DNA of 61,376 bases, the filler included. It is 2 parts of 2 records of this genome, joined end to end, with 100 filler letters (N's around TTAATTAATTAA, not from the genome) between each part and the next. Parts side by side here need not be neighbours in the genome. Positions count along the whole stretch, not along the records: positions 29,905 to 61,376 come from DRR723986_4250; 1 more part is not named here. The stretch is one strand, 5' to 3'. Below, one piece after another: positions 53,600 through 61,376 of this stretch (positions are counted from its first letter, which is position 1; every line of letters begins with the position of its first letter). Made by a program: the position numbers and the translations under genes. The notes under the pieces are model-generated. The model saw only the letters and a list, made by a program, of their open reading frames with translations, made no database searches and was not told the DNA's origin.

Positions 53600-54778
53600 G
53601 TGACGCTTCGCAATGGCAAAGAATTTCTGATGATTCCAGGACCAACCAATGTGCCGGAGGAAGTCCTGCGGGCCATGCACCGGCCTGCGGTAGACATTTA
53701 TGAAGGCCCTCTGCTGGAAACGACCGGGTTCTGCCTGCACGGTTTGCAGCGTCTGTTCCGGACCGAAGGCAAGACCTACATCTACGCAGCCAACGGTCAT
53801 GGAGCCTGGGATGCCGCCCTGTGCAACACGCTGAAGCGTGGCGACAAGGTGCTCGTGCTGGAGTCCGGCCGCTTTGCCCTTGGCTGGGGAGAAGCTGCCA
53901 ACGTGCTGGACCTCGATATCGAGGTTCTGCCGGGTGCCTGGGACAAGGGGGTCGACCCTGCCCACCTGCAAGAACGGCTCAAACAGGATACCGCCCACGA
54001 GATCAAGGCCATCCTGGTGGTTCAGGTCGATACGGCCTCCGGGGTCTGGAATGATATTGCCGCCTTGCGCAAGGCGATCGACGCAGCTTCACACCCTGCC
54101 CTGTTCATGGTCGACACCATTGCCTCGCTAGGCTGCATGCCGTTCGAGATGGACGCCTGGGGTGTCGATGTGGCGCTGACGGGATCGCAGAAGGGTCTGA
54201 TGTGCCCGCCAGGCCTCTCCTTTGTCGCCGCCGGCCCGAAAGCCGACAAGGCACATGAAACGGCGGAGCTGCGGACCAACTACACTGACTGGACTTTCCG
54301 GCAAGGGCCGGAGCACTACCAGAAATACTGCGGAACCCCGCCCGAGCACCTTCTGTTTGCCTTTCACAAGGCTCTCGATCTCATTTTCGAGGAGGGGCTG
54401 GAGAAGACCTGGCACAGGCATGCCCTTCTGGGCGAGGCAACCCGGCGGGCCGTTGCGGTCTGGGCGGAAAAGGGCGCGGTCGACTTCAACATCACCGACG
54501 CGCATGCCCGCTCGAACTCCGTCACCGTCGTGCGGTTCAACGAAGGCGACGTGGCAGCGCTAAGGACCTTTACCAAGGAAGTCTGCGGCGTCACCATCGG
54601 TGGAACGATCGGTGAATTGTCCGGCAAGGGCATCCGCATTGCCCACATGGGCCACGTCAACGCCGTCATGCTGCTCGGCACGTTGTCATCCATCGAACTC
54701 GGCTTCCAGAAACTGGGCATTCCCCATGGGCGGGGCGGAGTGCAGGCGGCGATGGATTACCTGGCGGGAGCCTTGTAA
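53600..54778 (+). CDS. Class V PLP aminotransferase (serine/alanine-glyoxylate type)
   Basis: MIPGPTNVP, GHGAWDAA, GSQKGLMCPPG, RIAHMG; GTG start after GAGG. Confidence 0.92.
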   Translation: MTLRNGKEFLMIPGPTNVPEEVLRAMHRPAVDIYEGPLLETTGFCLHGLQRLFRTEGKTYIYAANGHGAWDAALCNTLKRGDKVLVLESGRFALGWGEAANVLDLDIEVLPGAWDKGVDPAHLQERLKQDTAHEIKAILVVQVDTASGVWNDIAALRKAIDAASHPALFMVDTIASLGCMPFEMDAWGVDVALTGSQKGLMCPPGLSFVAAGPKADKAHETAELRTNYTDWTFRQGPEHYQKYCGTPPEHLLFAFHKALDLIFEEGLEKTWHRHALLGEATRRAVAVWAEKGAVDFNITDAHARSNSVTVVRFNEGDVAALRTFTKEVCGVTIGGTIGELSGKGIRIAHMGHVNAVMLLGTLSSIELGFQKLGIPHGRGGVQAAMDYLAGAL

Positions 54779-54892
54779 AGCTTTGGAGAAATAACGGCTT
54801 TAATATTGAAGCGATTTTTCTTTAAATCACCTCTCAGACTACAAATCAACAAGTGCATTTATAATAAAGAATTTGCTCTACCAATGGAGATT

Positions 54893-55483
54893 ATGTTGAA
54901 GATTCTTAAATTCGGCAAAATTATACTTGAACGAGGCTCTCAACTTTTCGGTATTTTGGGTGGAATTGCTGCAGTTTACGCTCTTTTACAGCCAGGTGCA
55001 GCAATTGATTTTTTGGAAAAACTTCAAAACTCCAACTCCGAAATATCGGAAAACACAAATAAAATAGAGAAAAATACTAAATCGATAGAAGAAAATACAA
55101 AAGCAACGGCACAAAATATTCCCTATTGGCTGAATCTAAAAATTTTAAATACTAATAGTTTCGGCGGCTTTGACGTTACATACGAAAACCCTACGAATTT
55201 TAGTGTGAGAGAGGTAACTTTCAGATTTTTTCAAGGGGAACGAGAAGTCAAAGAACTTAAGACGATACTTCCTCCCAAAGAAACACTGACGACTAGTCTT
55301 CCTACCTACAGTGAGCATCCTGCATCAGAGTATACTATTTGTGTTTCTGGCGTAATTGAAGCAACTGGTGACAAGGTATACGAACGCCGAGTGTACCCCT
55401 TTAGCGAACAAGACGTATTCATCCGCTACAATTCGATGAAAGACTACGTTTTTTCAGAATACCCGACAGGTATTTGCAGTTAG
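54893..55483 (+). CDS. AT-rich hypothetical protein: one TM, short heptad repeats, beta-rich C-terminus
   Basis: GGAG RBS; uninterrupted ORF in AT-rich DNA; repeats ISENTNK/IEKNTKS/IEENTKA. Confidence 0.7.
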   Translation: MLKILKFGKIILERGSQLFGILGGIAAVYALLQPGAAIDFLEKLQNSNSEISENTNKIEKNTKSIEENTKATAQNIPYWLNLKILNTNSFGGFDVTYENPTNFSVREVTFRFFQGEREVKELKTILPPKETLTTSLPTYSEHPASEYTICVSGVIEATGDKVYERRVYPFSEQDVFIRYNSMKDYVFSEYPTGICS

Positions 55484-55560
55484 TTTTCGCGAGAAGGTTG
55501 CTGTAGCATCGTCACTTGAAGTTAATTCAACCAGATCAAATTCGCTGCCTATCCACCTTC

Positions 55561-57027
55561 TCAAAGCTTTTCCTCCAGCCGGTCGCAGATCGTTTTCAGA
55601 ACCTTGATCCGGGCATGGCGCTTGTCTTCGGAGGAGACCAGCGTCCAGGGGGCGTAGTGGGTTGATGTGCGATCGATCATGTCGCCTGCGGCGATGGCGT
55701 ATTGGTCCCATTTCAGGCGATTGCGCCAGTCGTCATCCGTGATCTTGTGCTGCTTGTAGGCCGTGTCCTCGCGCGCCTTGAACCTGCGCAGCTGCTCGTC
55801 CTCGGAAATGGCGAGCCAGAACTTGCAGACAATGTAGCCAAAGTCCGTGAGTTCCTGCTCGAACTCGTTGATTTCGTTGTAGGCGCGCAGCCAGTCGTCG
55901 TGTCCGGCGTAGCCTTCGACACGCTCCACCAGCACGCGTTCGTACCAGGACCGGTCGAAGATGGCGAAATGTCCCTTGGCCGGCACGCGCCGCCAGAAGC
56001 GCCACAGATAGGGGCGAGCCTTTTCCTCGTCGGTCGGTGCAGAGATCGGGTGAACCTTGTAGATGCGCGGATCGAGCGGACGGATCACCCTGCGGATCGC
56101 ACCGCCCTTGCCGGCGGCATCATTGCCCTGAAACACCAGAACAACACCCGTCTTGGACAGGGACTTCATGTCCGACAGATCGGATAGTTGCTTCTGGTAC
56201 TTGTCGCGAAGCTCTTCGTATTCCGACTTCTCCAGCTTTTCCGTCAGGTCGATGGTGTCGACTGCCGTTTCGCGCTTCAGCCCGCCGACCACGGGAGGTG
56301 CGGCAATCGAATGCGGTTCGCCGTCCTCCAGCTTCAGCTTCATGGCATTGGCAACCGTTTGTGCCAGCGCGGCATCCCGGTACTCGGGATCCTGTGAGGG
56401 GATGACAAACCAGGGTGCGTAGCCCTTGCTGGTTTCCAGAATGATCTTTTCGCCGGCCTCACTCGCCTTCTTGTGGTGCTTCAACGCTGCCCAGTCGGCC
56501 AGCACATGGCGCGCGGCATGTTTTTTCTCGATGTGCTTCAGCCGTTCTTCCTGTTCCTTCTTGGGCAGGTAGAACCAGAATTTCAGGATCAGCACATCCT
56601 CGTTGGCGAGCATTTCCTCAAACCGGCGGATCCGGGTCAGGGCCTTGTCGAACGCGTCCTCGTCGATCTTCTTGTAGATCCAGTCCCGCAGAACAGTCTG
56701 ATACCAGCTCCCGAACACGATGGCCGTCTCGCCCTTGGGTGGCAGATCGCGCCAGTAGCGCCACAGCGGCGGACGCAGCCGGGCCTCGTCCATCAATTCG
56801 CCATAGGCGTTGCAGACTAGATGGCGCGCATCCATCCAGCCATAGAGCCGGGCAACCGCTTCGCCCTTGCCCGCGCCATCCAGGCCATCAACCAGGATCA
56901 TCGTCGAGAACGGCTGTTTCTCGACAACAGGTAGCTGGGCTGCCAGCAGCGCCTCGCGCAACTGAGGCTCCAGTTTCTTGAAGGTTTTCTTGTCCATGTT
57001 CTGCGGCAGGCGGGCGGATTCAAACAT
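55561..57027 (-). CDS. pap: Polyphosphate:AMP phosphotransferase (two-domain PPK2)
   Basis: Two PPK2 domains: DGLDGAGKG / GNDAAGKGG, LWRYW / LWRFW, FDRSWY. Confidence 0.92.
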   Translation of the reverse strand: MFESARLPQNMDKKTFKKLEPQLREALLAAQLPVVEKQPFSTMILVDGLDGAGKGEAVARLYGWMDARHLVCNAYGELMDEARLRPPLWRYWRDLPPKGETAIVFGSWYQTVLRDWIYKKIDEDAFDKALTRIRRFEEMLANEDVLILKFWFYLPKKEQEERLKHIEKKHAARHVLADWAALKHHKKASEAGEKIILETSKGYAPWFVIPSQDPEYRDAALAQTVANAMKLKLEDGEPHSIAAPPVVGGLKRETAVDTIDLTEKLEKSEYEELRDKYQKQLSDLSDMKSLSKTGVVLVFQGNDAAGKGGAIRRVIRPLDPRIYKVHPISAPTDEEKARPYLWRFWRRVPAKGHFAIFDRSWYERVLVERVEGYAGHDDWLRAYNEINEFEQELTDFGYIVCKFWLAISEDEQLRRFKAREDTAYKQHKITDDDWRNRLKWDQYAIAAGDMIDRTSTHYAPWTLVSSEDKRHARIKVLKTICDRLEEKL

Positions 57028-57248
57028 GAAGACCTCAAAAGAAAAGACGCACTGGCTGCATCTTGAAACACCCGCACTTAAAAAACCATCTCTTGCTTCA
57101 ATGTTCCCGAATGGCAGGAGATTTCAATTTTTCGCTATCGGATGGAAGAAGGCGCAACTATATGAAGCGGTAACCGTTTGCTTCACGTCTTTGAAGGCAC
57201 CCGGCATTTGACAGTTTTTCACTTTTCTCGACCAACACGACCGACCCC

Positions 57249-59324
57249 GTGACCGAATTTCTTGATCCTGTTCTGACCTTCATCGCGGAAAACCCGTCTT
57301 TGGCAGGTCTGATCTGTTTTCTGGCCGCCATGGGCGAAGCGCTGTTCCTGATCGGCCTTTTCGTGCCGACGACGGTGGTGCTGGTGGGCGCCGGAACGCT
57401 TGTCGGGCTCGGCAAGCTGGATCCCGTGCCGCTGTTCATCTGGACGACCCTGGGAGCGACCGCAGGCGATGCGATCTCCTACTGGATCGGCTACACCTTC
57501 AAGGACAAGATCAAGACCATGTGGCCGCTGAACAAATATGCGGACATTGTGGAAAGCGGCGAGAATTTCTTCAAGAAACACGGCGGCAAGAGCGTCTTTA
57601 TCGGCCGCTTCGTGCCTGGTGTAAAATCGGTGGTTCCAGGCATCGCCGGCATGGCCGGCATGAATTTCACCCGCTTTTCGGTGGTCAACGTCACCTCCGC
57701 CTTCGCCTGGACAATCGTGCATATCGCCCCCGGTATCATTGCAGGTTCCGCACTTGATGCCATCGGCCAGATCAGCGGACGGCTGGCCCTGGTGCTCGGC
57801 GCTCTCCTGGTCATCGTCTTCCTGGCGGTGATGCTCGGCCGCTGGCTTATCCTGATAGTCCTGCCGCTGTTTCCCAACACCCATGCGGCCATCGTCAAAC
57901 GCTTCGCCAGGCGTCAGGACCGGATATCCCAATGGATCGCGCGCAATTTTGACCCCGCGCATCCACGCTCGGCAGGCATGCTGGCCTCCGCGCTGATCCT
58001 GCTGATTTCCTTGCCGGCCTTCTTCTGGATCGTCGGAGAAATCGCCCCCGGCGAACCGATGGTGCGGGCCGACCTTGCCATCCTGAACCTGTTCGACAGC
58101 CTGCGCACGCCGGTCGGCGACCGGATCATGGTGTTCGTGACATCGCTCGGCGACGGGATCGTCGTTACCGCCGTTACCGTTGCGGTCGCCGCCTATCTGT
58201 TCCTGAGGAAAGCCTGGCGACGCGGCATCGGCTTCGTCATCGCGATGGCCGGCACCGCCATGTTCGTACCCCTGTTCAAGCTGATGCTGCATCGCTCGCG
58301 GCCGATCGAACTTTATGCGGGTGCCGACGCCTACAGTTTCCCCAGTGGCCATGCGACGCTGAACGCGGTGCTCTACGGCATTTGCGCCGTGTTGATCGCC
58401 CACGATCTCAGCCGTTGGGCCAAGGCCAGCATTTTCACCATCACCGCGACACTGGTCATTACCATCGGCTTTTCGCGTGTCTACCTTGGCGCCCACTGGA
58501 TGTCGGACGTCCTGGCCGGACTGTTGTTCGGCATTGGTATGGTTTCCGCCTTCGCCTTCGTGTTCGGCCCGATCCACAACGAGAAGATCGGCCGGACGAC
58601 ACTTGCCGTCATCGTCGTTGCTACACTCGGCATCTTCGGCACCTGGCACCTTTCAGGTACCTATGACAAGGCACTTCAGATCTATGAGCCGCGTACCAAC
58701 ACCGAAGCGCTGACAGCAACGGGCTGGCTTGCAGGCGGTTGGCGGGCATTGCCTGCTGAGCGGATCGAACTGAATGGCGATACCGAGGAACCGCTGGTGA
58801 TCCAATATACCGGGTCCCTGGACCGCTTTGCCCAGGCAGCAGAAGCCGATGGCTGGCAGAAACCGCCAAAATGGTCCCTCTCGAGTGCAGGCGGGTTCGT
58901 GGAAGGCAAGACACCGCCGGATTCGCTGCCGATCCTGCCTCGAAGCCAGAACGGTCGCCAACCGTCTCTCGTTCTCATCCGCAAGGATCATTCCGCCAAC
59001 GCAGACAAAAGCGGACGCTGGGTGCTGCGGCTCTGGCCGAGCCGCTATGCCATCCTGCAAGCGGGCAGCCTGCATCCGCTGTACCTCGGCAGCGTGGTAC
59101 ATGAGGATATCCTGCGCCCGATGGGCGAGTTCTCCGGTCCAAAAACGGATATCGAAACTCCGGACCCGACCGACAATCCGGCCCATCTGCTGCCTGGCGC
59201 GATAACGCGAAAGCGAGCGGACGGCACGGAAGTCGTGCTTGGCTTCAGCTATGGTCCGGTACCTCCGGCTGCGTCCGGGGTACCTGCAAAAGATACGCCC
59301 GTGGCTGCACCGCAGACTCGGTAA
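57249..59324 (+). CDS. DedA-PAP2-LssY C-terminal fusion membrane protein
   Basis: DedA (GDAISYWIG, FIGRFVP); PAP2 (RSRP, SFPSGH, SRVYLGAHWMSDV); soluble C-terminal domain. Confidence 0.9.
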   Translation: MTEFLDPVLTFIAENPSLAGLICFLAAMGEALFLIGLFVPTTVVLVGAGTLVGLGKLDPVPLFIWTTLGATAGDAISYWIGYTFKDKIKTMWPLNKYADIVESGENFFKKHGGKSVFIGRFVPGVKSVVPGIAGMAGMNFTRFSVVNVTSAFAWTIVHIAPGIIAGSALDAIGQISGRLALVLGALLVIVFLAVMLGRWLILIVLPLFPNTHAAIVKRFARRQDRISQWIARNFDPAHPRSAGMLASALILLISLPAFFWIVGEIAPGEPMVRADLAILNLFDSLRTPVGDRIMVFVTSLGDGIVVTAVTVAVAAYLFLRKAWRRGIGFVIAMAGTAMFVPLFKLMLHRSRPIELYAGADAYSFPSGHATLNAVLYGICAVLIAHDLSRWAKASIFTITATLVITIGFSRVYLGAHWMSDVLAGLLFGIGMVSAFAFVFGPIHNEKIGRTTLAVIVVATLGIFGTWHLSGTYDKALQIYEPRTNTEALTATGWLAGGWRALPAERIELNGDTEEPLVIQYTGSLDRFAQAAEADGWQKPPKWSLSSAGGFVEGKTPPDSLPILPRSQNGRQPSLVLIRKDHSANADKSGRWVLRLWPSRYAILQAGSLHPLYLGSVVHEDILRPMGEFSGPKTDIETPDPTDNPAHLLPGAITRKRADGTEVVLGFSYGPVPPAASGVPAKDTPVAAPQTR

Positions 59325-59612
59325 TCTCGCCATCGCAGCAGTTCGGGTCTGGTGCCTGCAACACGTTCCGGACCAGCCCCTTGCGCTGGTTTAGAGACGG
59401 TTGATCTGTTGAGCCTCCACACAACGCGGTCCCAAAAATGTCCTAATGGGCCGTCATTCTCTTGTGAGACCTATTCGGATCCAGGCTTCGCTTCACGCCA
59501 AAAGATGCCGTTATTCCAGCAGGTTAGGCACCAATGACCGAGTTTGTTTTTCGCGTGTCAGCTCCCCGTTCCCGGAAGCGCGATCGAAAATTACCCCTTG
59601 ATACTTTTTTCG

Positions 59613-59634
59613 TATATTCATATATTTGAATATA
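59613..59634. promoter_or_regulatory. SqrR/BigR-type ArsR operator
   Basis: TATATTCA-N6-TGAATATA with core ATTC-N8-GAAT, just upstream of yeeE. Confidence 0.75.
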
Positions 59635-59653
59635 TCGTAATCAAGGGCACATC

Positions 59654-60082
59654 ATGACTGACTTTACACCCCTTATGAGTTTCCTGGGTGGAACGCTGAT
59701 CGGCGTTGCCACGGTTGCCCTGATGGCCGTGCTCGGGCGCATTGCCGGCATCAACGGCATTGCCAGCGGCTTTCTGACCACGCAGTTCAACCAGGACTGG
59801 GCCTGGCGCGCCGCCTTTCTGGCCGGCATGGTCGCCAGCCCGCTGATCATGCTTGGTGTAACCGGGCAGCTGCCGGAAATCACCGTGCCGTCCTCCCCGC
59901 TTCTGCTGGTGATCGGCGGTTTTCTGACCGGTATCGGCACGACCTATGGTTCCGGCTGCACGAGCGGCCATGGTGTCTGCGGCATCTCGCGCCTGTCGGC
60001 ACGGTCCATCGTGGCAACCGTCACGTTCATGGCAACTGCAGGTGTGACCGTCTACCTGACCCGCCACGTCTTTGGAGGATAA
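59654..60082 (+). CDS. YeeE/YedE sulfur transporter half (PmpA/B-like)
   Basis: [25 protein letters not shown]. Confidence 0.92.
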   Translation: MTDFTPLMSFLGGTLIGVATVALMAVLGRIAGINGIASGFLTTQFNQDWAWRAAFLAGMVASPLIMLGVTGQLPEITVPSSPLLLVIGGFLTGIGTTYGSGCTSGHGVCGISRLSARSIVATVTFMATAGVTVYLTRHVFGG

Positions 60083-60086
60083 TGGC

Positions 60087-60521
60087 ATGAAACTTCTTTC
60101 CGCTTTTGCCATTGGCCTCCTCTTCGGCTGCGGCATCCTGATCTCGGGCATGGGCGACCCTGCCAAGGTCCTGAACTTCTTCGATGTGGCCGGCACCTGG
60201 GACCCGAGCCTTGCCTTCGTGATGGGTGGTGCGCTTCTTGTCACGGCCATCGGCTATCGTCTGGTCTTCCGGATGAACACGCCGCTGCTGGCACAGGGCT
60301 TCAACCTGCCTTCGAGAACCGATCTCGACGCCAAACTGATCGGCGGCTCAGCGGTTTTCGGCATCGGCTGGGGCCTGAGCGGTTTCTGTCCGGGTGGTCT
60401 CGTTCCGGTGCTGGGTCTGGGCATGGAGCCTCTGCTGACCGCCGGTGCTATCGTTGCCGGCATCTTGACCGCAAGATGGATGATCGTCCTCGGCCATCGC
60501 CAGCAACCCGCAAAAGCCTGA
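60087..60521 (+). CDS. YeeE/YedE sulfur transporter half
   Basis: SGMGDPAKVLNFFD..WDPSLAFVM, FGIGWGLSGFCPG. Confidence 0.92.
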   Translation: MKLLSAFAIGLLFGCGILISGMGDPAKVLNFFDVAGTWDPSLAFVMGGALLVTAIGYRLVFRMNTPLLAQGFNLPSRTDLDAKLIGGSAVFGIGWGLSGFCPGGLVPVLGLGMEPLLTAGAIVAGILTARWMIVLGHRQQPAKA

Positions 60522-60557
60522 CCCGGCTCGGCCGGCAAAAACAAACGGGAGATTGTT

Positions 60558-61376
60558 ATGAGCAACTCAAACTATCCGGTCGACATGGGTGTCAAACCTG
60601 ACGTCACACCCTTTTTCGATCCGGCCACCAACACGATCAGCTACGTGGTCAAGGACCCGGCTTCCAACGCCTGTGCCGTTGTCGACAGCGTGATGGATAT
60701 CGACTACGCCGCCGGCCGCATCACCTATGACCATGCAGATCAGATCATCGCCTATATCCGCGAGAAGGATCTCAAGCTGGAATGGCTGATCGAGACACAT
60801 GTTCATGCCGATCACCTGTCGGCAGCGCCGTATATCCAGCAGAAACTGGGCGGCAAGCTGGGCATCGGCGACAAGATCACCGTCGTCCAGGAAACCTTCG
60901 GCAAGGTGTTCAACGAAGGCACGGAGTTCCAGCGCGACGGCAGCCAGTTCGACCGCCTGTTCCGTGACGGGGACGTCTATCAGATCGGCGAGCTGACCGC
61001 CTTTGCCATGTATACGCCCGGCCACACTCCGGCGTGCATGGTGCATGTGATGGGCGATGCCGCCTTTGTCGGTGATACGCTGTTCATGCCGGATGGTGGC
61101 TCGGCCCGTGCCGATTTCCCGGGCGGTGATGCGGCAACGCTTTACGACAGCATCCAGAAGGTACTGGCCCTGCCGGACGACATGCGCCTGTTCATGTGCC
61201 ACGACTATGGCCCGAACGGCCGCGACATCCAGTGGGAGACCACGGTGGGTGCCGAGAAGGAACACAACATCCACGTCGGTGGCGGCAAGACGAAAGAAGA
61301 ATTCGTCAAGTTCCGCACGGAACGCGATGCCCAGCTCGACATGCCAAAGCTGATCATCCCCTCGCTGCAGGTGAAT
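60558..61376 (+). CDS. Persulfide dioxygenase (MBL fold, Blh/PDO type), truncated by the window end
   Basis: Missing from the ORF track because it has no stop. GGGAG RBS; FFDPATNTISYVV, ETHVHADHLSAA, TPGHTPAC, GDTLFMPD, CHDY, IIPSLQVN. Confidence 0.92.
   Translation, partial: MSNSNYPVDMGVKPDVTPFFDPATNTISYVVKDPASNACAVVDSVMDIDYAAGRITYDHADQIIAYIREKDLKLEWLIETHVHADHLSAAPYIQQKLGGKLGIGDKITVVQETFGKVFNEGTEFQRDGSQFDRLFRDGDVYQIGELTAFAMYTPGHTPACMVHVMGDAAFVGDTLFMPDGGSARADFPGGDAATLYDSIQKVLALPDDMRLFMCHDYGPNGRDIQWETTVGAEKEHNIHVGGGKTKEEFVKFRTERDAQLDMPKLIIPSLQVN

Noticed and set aside
57219-58649. 476-aa minus-strand ORF
   Set aside because: Antisense shadow of the DedA-PAP2 gene.
60567-61274. 235-aa minus-strand ORF
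   Set aside because: Antisense to the persulfide dioxygenase on the plus strand.

Overview
High-GC alphaproteobacterial chromosomal DNA. Most of it resembles Hyphomicrobiales of the Roseibium/Labrenzia type, inferred from recalled protein signatures and synteny rather than a search. A 100-bp scaffold spacer (N44-TTAATTAATTAA-N44, 29805-29904) splits the window, so adjacency across it is unproven. Left part: M48 peptidase, MBL hydrolase, glycine-zipper lipoprotein, carB-greA, lrp/ELM1-trxB-lsrB followed by an AbcR (alpha-r15) small RNA, a solo msrP, an EF-G paralogue, aatA, a PAS-only protein, several small proteins and an MCP. Right part: an acyl-CoA catabolic operon; a surface-glycan locus with an AT-rich cassette (gmd-colC-colD for GDP-colitose plus GT10, GT11, GT25 and FkbM); yegS, a LysR-gcdH pair, a degenerate HutG-like protein, a class V aminotransferase, an AT-rich ORFan, pap, DedA-PAP2; and a yeeE-yeeE-persulfide dioxygenase operon behind an SqrR-type box, cut by the window end. 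Best leads: (1) a colitose plus Lewis-type transferase kit that appears swapped in by recombination inside gmd; (2) a phylogenetically chimeric carB; (3) a HutG-like pseudoenzyme; (4) a candidate FNR/FixK-controlled sRNA. No CRISPR array, tRNA, rRNA, transposase or integrase was seen. All family calls come from motif recognition by eye, and GC contrasts were judged visually, not computed.
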